Shown: in pieces, positions 32,544-39,804 of the stretch
Position numbering within the stretch: position 1 is the stretch's first letter
Layout: each line of letters opens with the position of its first letter
Source of the DNA: Chiloscyllium plagiosum
Taxonomy: Eukaryota
Length of the DNA: 39,804 bases
NCBI RefSeq assembly: GCF_004010195.1
Contig: NC_057753.1
Span: 9,564,932-9,604,735 of the forward strand
Direction: 5' to 3'
Program-made: the position numbers and the translations under genes
Notes under the pieces: generated by a model
What the model saw: only the letters and a program-made list of their open reading frames with translations
Told to the model about the DNA's origin: nothing
The model's database searches: none

Positions 32544-35334
32544 GTCTAAATTGGAGAAAGGCCAATTTTGACGGTATTAGGCAAGACCTTTCGAAAGCTG
32601 ATTGGAGGCAGATGTTCACAGGTAAAGGGACGACTGGAAAATGAGATAACAAGAATCCAGAGAAGGTATATTCCTGTCAGGGTGAAAGGGAAAGCTGGTA
32701 GGTATAGGGAATGCTTGATGACTAAAGAAATTGAGGGTTTGGTTAAGAAAAAGAAGGAAGTATATGTCAGGTATAGACAGGATAGATCGAGTGAATCCTT
32801 AGAAGATTATAAAGGAAGTAGGAGTATACTTAAGAGGGAAATCAGGAGGGAAAAAAGGGGACATGAGGTAGCGTTGGCAAATAGAATTAAGGAGAATCCA
32901 GAGAGTTTTTACAAATATATTAAGGACAAAAGGGTAACTAGGGAGAGAATAGGGCCCCTCAAAGAACAGCAAGGCAGCCACAGAAAATGGGGGAGATACT
33001 AAATTAGTATTTTGCAACGGTATTTACTGTGGAAAAGGATATGGAAGATATAGACAGTAGGAAAGTAGATGGTGACATCTTGCAAAATGTCCAGATTACA
33101 GAGGAGGAAGTGCTGGATGTCATGAAACGGTTAAAGGTTAAAGATTAAAGGACCTGATCAGGTGTACCCGAGAACTCTGTGGGAAGCTAGAGAAGTGATT
33201 GCTGGGCCTCTTGCTGAGATATTTGTATCGTCGATAGTCACAGGTGAGGTGCCGGAAGACTGGAGGTTGGCAAACGTGGTGCCACTGTTTAAGAAGGGCA
33301 GTAAAAACAAGCCAGGGAACTATAGACCATGAGCCTGACCTCGATGGTGGGCAAGTTGTTGGAGGGAATCCTAGGGACAGGATGTACATGTATTTGGAAA
33401 GGGAGGGACTGATTCGGGATAGTCAACATGGCTTTGCGCATGGGAAATAATGTCTCACAAACTTGATTGAGTTTTTTGAAGATTGATGAGGGCAGAGCAG
33501 TAGATGTGATCTATATGGACTTCAGTAAATCATTTGACAAGGTTCCCCATGGGAGACTGATTAGCAAGGTTAGATGTCATGGAATAAAGGGAGAACTAGC
33601 CCATTTGGATACAGAACTGGCTCATAGGTAGAAGACAGAGGTGGTGGTGGAGGGTTGTTTTTCAGACTGGAGGCCTGTGACCAGTGGAGTGCCACAAGGA
33701 TCGGTGCTGGGTCCCCTACTTTTTATGTCATTTACATAAATGATTTGGATGTGAGCATAAGAGGTACAGTTAGTAAGTTTGCAGATGACACCAAAATTGG
33801 AGGTGTAGTGGACAGTGAAGAAGGTTACCTCAGATTACATTGGTATGCTTTCCTTTATTGGTCAGAGTATTGAGTACAGGAGCTGGGAGGTCATGTTGCG
33901 GTTGTAGAGGACATTGGTTAGGCCACTGTTAGAATATTGTGTGAAATTCTGGTCTCCTTCCTATCGGAAATATGTTATGAAACTTGGAAGGGTTCAGAAA
34001 AGATTTACAAGGATGTTGCCAGGGTTGGAGGATTTAAGCTATACAGAGAGGCTGATCAGGCTGGGGCTGTTTTCCCTGGAGCGTTGGAGGCTGAGGAGGG
34101 AGTTGAGCCTCAAATCCTGGCTGTGTCACATAGTTGCTTAACCAAGTGTGCAAACTCTAAATATCTCTCAGCCATTCCATTTGCAAATCGAACAATATTT
34201 TCAAGGCAAGTTGTTGATATCTCGGCATTAGTCCACAAGCCAGGGGAAATACAAGAGTATTTAATAGTTGCCTAATGTGTCCCATATGCCAGATTAATTC
34301 AAATCTGGACATCCTGAAACAAACAATTATACTTACTGCAGATTTGTACTTGCCAATTAAAACTAATGTTGGGCACTCGAATTGATTGGAGGCATCTTGA
34401 AGCATGCCACAGACCTCAGTGTGGGTCCAGGGCTTATCAAGTGGGGTTTCACCTGTCATAACCCTGGGGCAAGCAAATTCTTTATTCCTAATTTCATAAA
34501 GTATACGTCCGGACACTAGGACCTTGTTGAATACACTCACTGGTGTCTTGTGGCCCAGTAGCGGGAATTGTATTAGCACTTCTATCCCTGGCCAGCTTTC
34601 CTTTATTTTCGGGCGTGACAAAAGCAGCAACCATCCTCTATATTTCATCTCTCAAACAGTATCGGCCGGAGACCTAGCAGGACCAGGGTCTCTCCTGCCT
34701 GGTTCGCCAACTGTTGAGGATGGAAATAAAGTCCTATGCAAGGAAAGAATTTGTTTATCAGGGAGCAGTACAGCTGCAAGGCCAACCGTCTCCGCTGAGC
34801 CTGGGAAACATAAACTTTAGCAAGTAGGCACTAAGATGAGATTCAAAATGGTTTCCAGGCTTTTAATATGTGACCAAATGGCTGATCCAAACCTAACAAT
34901 TTTCCCACATCATTGCAGGGAATAAACAAGAAAAATGAAACAAGACTAGATAAAAACTATGTGCTCGTGCTGAATGTTGTTCATTCAGAAGTAAACCAGA
35001 AAGAGGGGTTTCCCAGGTTTCTTCTCGTGCCCTACTTAAGGAATTCTTTCTCCCTTATATCTAACTGTTAGTACCCAGCTAAGATTTTGAGGAATATTTA
35101 CTTCAATAGAAATAAAGCATCTGTTATCAAATACACATAGAGATATACAGCATGGAAAGAGACATTTTCTCCCTCTCCTGCAGGCAGACACACAAGTCCG
35201 TGAGAGTGGATGTGCATTTGCAGAGTTATATTTGTATATACATTGTATTTTGCTCAAAAAAATGCACAATCTGCAGGCAGTCAATACATGTAAACTTTTG
35301 TAAAGTGTGTTCTCCCCTCCTTCTGCTGCAGGGC

Positions 35335-35526
35335 GGAGGGGTGCCCACTGTTGGCCTCGCGTCACCTCTCGCTCCTTTAATGACGTCACAACGCGGAAGT
35401 GGACCTGTTAGTTTCAGAGGAAAACTCCCTCCTCCTGGCAGCTCTTCGTCTTGGGAGGGGAAATTCTGTTTACCTGTACTTGTTGCAATTGGAGTGAATC
35501 CAGGGAGGGAGCAGGTGCAATCTTAG
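35335..35526 (+). promoter_or_regulatory. Putative promoter / non-coding exon 1 of right ZNF (predicted intron 35527-36871)
   Basis: CRE TGACGTCA at 35381-35388 and ETS-like GCGGAAGTG at 35393-35401. Donor TAG|GTATGT, acceptor TTTCTTTTCCCAG|A. Paralogous to 8636-8870. Confidence 0.65.
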
Positions 35527-35841
35527 GTATGTATCTTAATTACCCGGTGAGGAGGGACAGAAGGATAGAGGTTGAGAAGGGGGAGGGGTAGATAGCTTTC
35601 CTGTTTTTATTTTTAAAATGCACCCGATTCCCACAAGTAACTGCAACATTCTTCATTGCAGCTACAAGCCGGCTTTGCGTCTTCTGTTCTTCCTCCGCCT
35701 TGGCTCCAGCACATTCAGCTTCCTTCCCTCATCCCCATCCCCCCGCCCTGAGGTCCAAGCTGACCCTCAAAAGTTCGGCTTGTTCCTCCATTCTTTCCAA
35801 GTTGTATTTTGTGGGTTTTGAAAACTTTGTCAATCCTCTAA

Positions 35842-36398
35842 TTGAGTACGAGTTGGGAGGTTCTGTTGTAGCTGTTCCGGACATTGGTTAGGCCACTTTT
35901 GGAATATTGCGTGCAGTTCTGGTCTGTCTGTTATTGGAAGGTGTTGTGAAACTTGAAAGGGCTCAGAAAAGATTGACAAGGATGTTGAACTCAATAGGGA
36001 GTGGCTATTTTCCCTTGAGCACCTGAAACTGAGGGGTGACCCTACAGACCTTTACAAAATCATGAGGAGCATGAATAGGATAAATAGGTCTTTTCCCTGG
36101 GTTGGGAAGTCCAGAACGAGAGGGTAATAGGTCTAGGGTGAGCATGGGGGTTGGTTTAAAAGGTACATAAGGGGCAACTCCTACATTTAGAGAGCAACCG
36201 ATGTACGGAATGAGGAAGCGGTGGAGGCTGGTACAATACCCATCCAAATGCCTTTTAAATGTTGTATGTGAATAGGAAGGGTGAGAGGGATATTGGCCAA
36301 GTGCTGGCAAATGGGAGTAGATTGACTTCGGATATCTGGTCAGCACGGACAAGTTGTACTGAAGGGACTGTTTTTGTGCTTTACATTTCTGTGATTCT
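35842..36398 (+). mobile_element. CR1 3' fragment in predicted ZNF intron
   Basis: GGACATTGGTTAGGCCACT.TT.GAATATTG matches 33909 ff. and continues into the CR1 3' UTR. Confidence 0.8.
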
Positions 36399-36909
36399 GG
36401 CTTGCCATTAACGTTTGCCACGTCTGTATGTTCAGTATCTCTCCGGTGTCGGTGTTCATACTTTGTCTCATTTTGCTCCCCACATCCTTGGGGACATTAA
36501 CTATTTTGTGTCTGATTGTTACTCAAGAAGCTGCACGGCAGTTTCATCCTGAATTGACACTTTTTCTTGCTTTCCAAAATCAGACCTGCTCACTCTCAGC
36601 AGGTTTTGTGAAAGATATTAACTTTCAGGTGGAGTTGTCCAAAATTCAGAGAAATGTCAGTCTTGATGGTTTTTGCTTTTTTGCCCCTGTAAGATCCTGA
36701 ACCACCACTTTCAGGAGAATTGGAGCGGAGTGAGAATAGAGGGAGAGAGGGAGTGTGTGATGGTTCTTTCAATTTTGTGGAACAATAAAAGAAAATAATG
36801 TTCCCCCAAAAGTAGAATTGCTTGATCTGAAATGTTACCTTAGACTGACAGTGATGACTTTCTTTTCCCAGAATATCTGAAGATCTGAAGGCAGAAGTTT
36901 TAAAATCAA

Positions 36910-37030
36910 CAGATAAAGGGTTTATGCCCAAAACATCGACTCTCCTGCTCCTCAGATGCTGCCTGACCTGCTGTGCTTTTCCAGTCCTGCAAGTTTTGAC
37001 TCTGACTGTACAGCGTCTGCAATCCTCATT
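36910..37030 (+). mobile_element. Older Penelope-derived tail fragment
   Basis: GCCCAAAACATCGACTCTCCTGCTCCTCAGATGCTGCCTGACCTGCTGTGCTTTTCCAG. Confidence 0.75.
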
Positions 37031-37275
37031 TTGACGTCAATATCTGACAGTGACTCAATCCAGCGGGACCCCTGCAATTTTCAACTATGATTTTTAGAAG
37101 GAGAAAAGCTTTTTGGTTCCTGTTTGAATATGTTTTCAGTATCTGTGGGACTGCATGAGAGACCCTATTGTTGCAGCGCACTGAGTGTGGAGCCTGAAAC
37201 AGTTATACAACCTGGAAAGAGAAATTCACCCCGGAGAGGGCCTCTACATGTGTGTGTGCGGCTGAAGCTTTGGCC

Positions 37276-38141
37276 ATGGAGAAACCTGAGGATCCCACCC
37301 TGTGGAGTCGCGACTGGAAGTGTGGCGACTGCGGGAAAGACTTCCATGTTTCATCTGTCCTGGAGACTCATCGATGCAGTCACACCAGAGAGAGGCCATT
37401 TCCTGCCTCGAGTGCGGATAGGCTTTCAGCAATTCCTCCAAAATGCTAAAGCGCCAGTGGGTCCACGCCAGGTGGACCTAGTGCCTTTCAGTTGCCTAGT
37501 GTGCAGGAAGGCCTTTACCCAGGCCTCTGCTCTGCTAATCCACCAACGGCTCCACACAGGGGAGAAGCCCTTCAGCTACCCCAAGTGCGGGAAGGCCTTC
37601 AGCAATCCTTCTGACCTCCAGGCCCACCATTGGGTCCACATGGGGGACAGGCCATTCCCCTGCAGAGCACGGGAAGGCCTTCAGCCGTTCCTCCACTCTG
37701 CTGAGGCACCAGTGGGTCCACACGGAAGAGAGGCTCTTCAACTGCCCAGAGTTCAGGAAGAGCTTCATCCAGGCTTCCACCCTGCTGACGCACCGGCCCT
37801 TCAGCTGTCCCGAGTGCAGGAAGGGATTCATTCAGGTGGGCAACTTGCGGATGCACCAGCAGGTCCACACCAGAGAGAGGCCCTTCAGCTGCCCCAAGTG
37901 TGGAAAAGGCTTTACCTGTTCCTTCCATCTGCTGACCCACTGGCGGGTCCATACGGGGGAGCGGCCCTTCAGCAGCCCCAAGTGCGGGAAGGCCTTCACC
38001 CAGGCCTCCACCCTGCTGACCCACCAATGGGTCCACACTGGGGAGAGGCCATTCACCTGCTCTCGGTGCGGGAAGGCCTTTACCTGCTCCTTCCACTTAC
38101 AGAGACACCAGCAGGTTCATGTGCCATCGCAGGGGGATTGA
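37276..38141 (+). pseudogene. C2H2 zinc-finger pseudogene, about 10 fingers
   Basis: [22 protein letters not shown] and HTGERPFT linkers; ends HVPSQGD*. At least three frame breaks or deletions and lost Cys (SYPKC, SSPKC). Confidence 0.92.
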
Positions 38142-38147
38142 AGAAGC

Positions 38148-38450
38148 AACGGCTGAGTGCCATTATTGACTGGACTCTCAACCCAGTTCTGGGGATTCCA
38201 AGATTCAAATACCACTGCGGCCAATGGCAGAATTGGAGTTCGGTCAGAAATCTGCAGTTCAGAATCTAACATAAAACTATTTTCACTGGAGTGGAGGGGA
38301 AAAAAACCCCATCCGATTCACTCACTTGCTTTTTAGGGAAGGAAACTGCCATTGTGGGAAAGGATTCACTCAATCGTCCCAGGTGTATCCTTTTCCTGTT
38401 CTGGCCGACATGTGACTTCAGACTCACAGCAGTGGGAAGAAAATTAATTG
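38148..38450 (+). mobile_element. Old tRNA-derived SINE directly after ZNF stop
   Basis: B-box-like GATTCAAATACC. Paralogous to 6790-7075. Confidence 0.55.
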
Positions 38451-39049
38451 GATACAGGGAACGTGTTGAAATTGCTGAGTGAGACAATACTTCCTCCGGG
38501 TTAAGGATGTCCCGAGGATCCAATTACAAAGCTGACCAATAGTAAAGAACGGGGGGAGAATGTGCGCGCTTTGACCTTGAGATTGGAGTACTGTACAAGT
38601 CCTGCCTTTCCTTGTTTTAGCAAAATGCAAGCCCTCGCTTTCGTTCATACCTCTCTCATACACATGCTCTTTCTCAGACACACACCCCACAGCACTCTCA
38701 CTGGCTTATACTAAATCACACTCTCACTTTACCAAGCATGCACACACTTTTATGTGCACTTTCTCACACAGACAACTCTATGGGGTGAATTTGTATTGGC
38801 AGATACATTAAATTTTGCTTAAAAAGCGCACAATCTGCAGGCAATCGATCCATGTAACCCGTGCCCTCTCCTTCACTGTTTGATCACGCAGCATTGCCCT
38901 TTGATGTGAAGGGCACTGCTTGTCGCTGGCCACTTGGGTGTTTCCTTTCTTCCTGGTGGTGAAAACTGAATAAAGATCCGTGTGTCTTTCACTGTGTCTC
39001 ACACAAACAATAAAAAACAAAAATGAAGATTGTCAGACATCCTGTCACT

Positions 39050-39642
39050 CTGAAAATGTGTTGCTGGAAAAGCGCAGCAGGTCAGGCAGCATCCAGGGAA
39101 CAGGAGAATCGACGTTTTGGGCATAAGCCCTTCTTCAGGAATGAGGAAAGTTTGTCCAGCAGGCTAAGATAAAAGGTAGGGAGGAGGGACTTGGGGGAGG
39201 GGCGTCGGAAATGTGATAGGTGGAAAGAGGTCAAGGTGAGGGTGATAGGTCAGACGGGAGTGGGGGCGGAGAGGTCGGGAAGAAGATTGCAGGTTAGGAA
39301 GGCGGTGCTGAATTCGATGGATTTGACTGAGACAAGGTGGGGGGAGGGGAAATACCTTGTCTCAGTCAAATCCATCGAACTCAGCACCGCCTTCCTAACC
39401 TGCAATCTTCTTCCCCACCTCTCTGCCCCCACCCCAGTCTGGCCTATCACCCTCACCTTGACCTCTTTCCACCGATCACATTTCCGACGCCCCTCCCCCA
39501 AGTCCCTCCTCCCTACCTTTTATCTTAGCCTGCTGGACAAACTGTCCTCATTCCTGAAGAAGGGCTAATACCCAAAACGTCGATTCTCCTGTTCCCTGGA
39601 TGCTGCCTGACCTGCTGCGCTTTTCCAGCAACACATTTCCAG
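39050..39642. mobile_element. Long fold-back Penelope-derived element, 289-bp inverted arms with 15-nt spacer
   Basis: 39050-39338 is the reverse complement of 39354-39642 with about 11 mismatches. Same family as 1539 and 20403. Confidence 0.92.
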
Positions 39643-39804
39643 CAATAATACATAGACAAAGAAAAGGCAAAGTGGAACTAATGTACAGTTTAGGAGAGAC
39701 TAACAAAAATAAAATCTTGGTATGGAAGAAAATATCTCGTGATTAATCATTGGAACATGAAGGCAAGACATTGTGAAGAAAAATAATGGATCTTCAACCA
39801 GGAC

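Larger units (their letters stand above)
29990..34100 (+). mobile_element. Near full-length degenerate CR1/HER1-like LINE: 5' UTR, ORF1 (Cys motif, coiled coil, SGNH esterase), ORF2; 3' end missing
   Basis: ORF1 from ATG 30605 MAFAMICTSCQMWE..ICYKC; IVLGDSVVRG, CCFPGARIKD, VIVHIGTND. ORF2 LNWRKANFD, FYKYIKDKR, DSQHGF, YINDLD, SKFADDTKIG. Stops, frameshifts and a gap. Confidence 0.92.

Noticed and set aside
31197..32652. Long ORFs of 313-450 aa
   Set aside because: Their length comes from the N gap. The real part is the known CR1 ORF1 esterase, not a host lipase.
37124..38269. 381-aa ORF as an intact ZNF gene
   Set aside because: Only about 55 aa are in the finger frame. The rest is off-frame translation of a frameshifted array.
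35200..38860. About 90-bp direct repeat (35200-35295 and 38775-38857) as LTRs mobilising the ZNF
   Set aside because: Short and diverged, with no TG..CA ends, PBS or TSD, and absent around the left paralogue. More likely independent fragments of one repeat.

Overview
Eukaryotic, repeat-rich genomic DNA from a cartilaginous fish. This is inferred from HE1-type V-SINEs, HER1/CR1 LINEs and Penelope-derived elements, and a carpet/bamboo shark is plausible but unproven. No intact protein-coding gene is supported. Two paralogous, effector-less C2H2 zinc-finger pseudogenes face away from each other (about 6.6-8.9 kb on minus, about 35.4-38.6 kb on plus). Between them lies a decayed tRNA cluster: Asp, Pro-CGG, Glu, Asn, Ser, iMet x2, Pro-TGG and Trp, with segmentally duplicated spacers. 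The rest is degenerate L1, CR1, Penelope and SINE sequence plus two assembly gaps. The main observations are (1) two tRNA-Pro copies with different insertions at the canonical intron site 37/38, (2) minimal hammerhead-ribozyme cores with an extra core nucleotide in two Penelope-related families, one of which forms short fold-back elements with 14-17 bp TSDs, (3) a Penelope-associated insertion that captured about 466 bp of neighbouring DNA, and (4) a near-perfect 52-nt hairpin at the end of one ZNF. All calls were made by eye and no searches were run.
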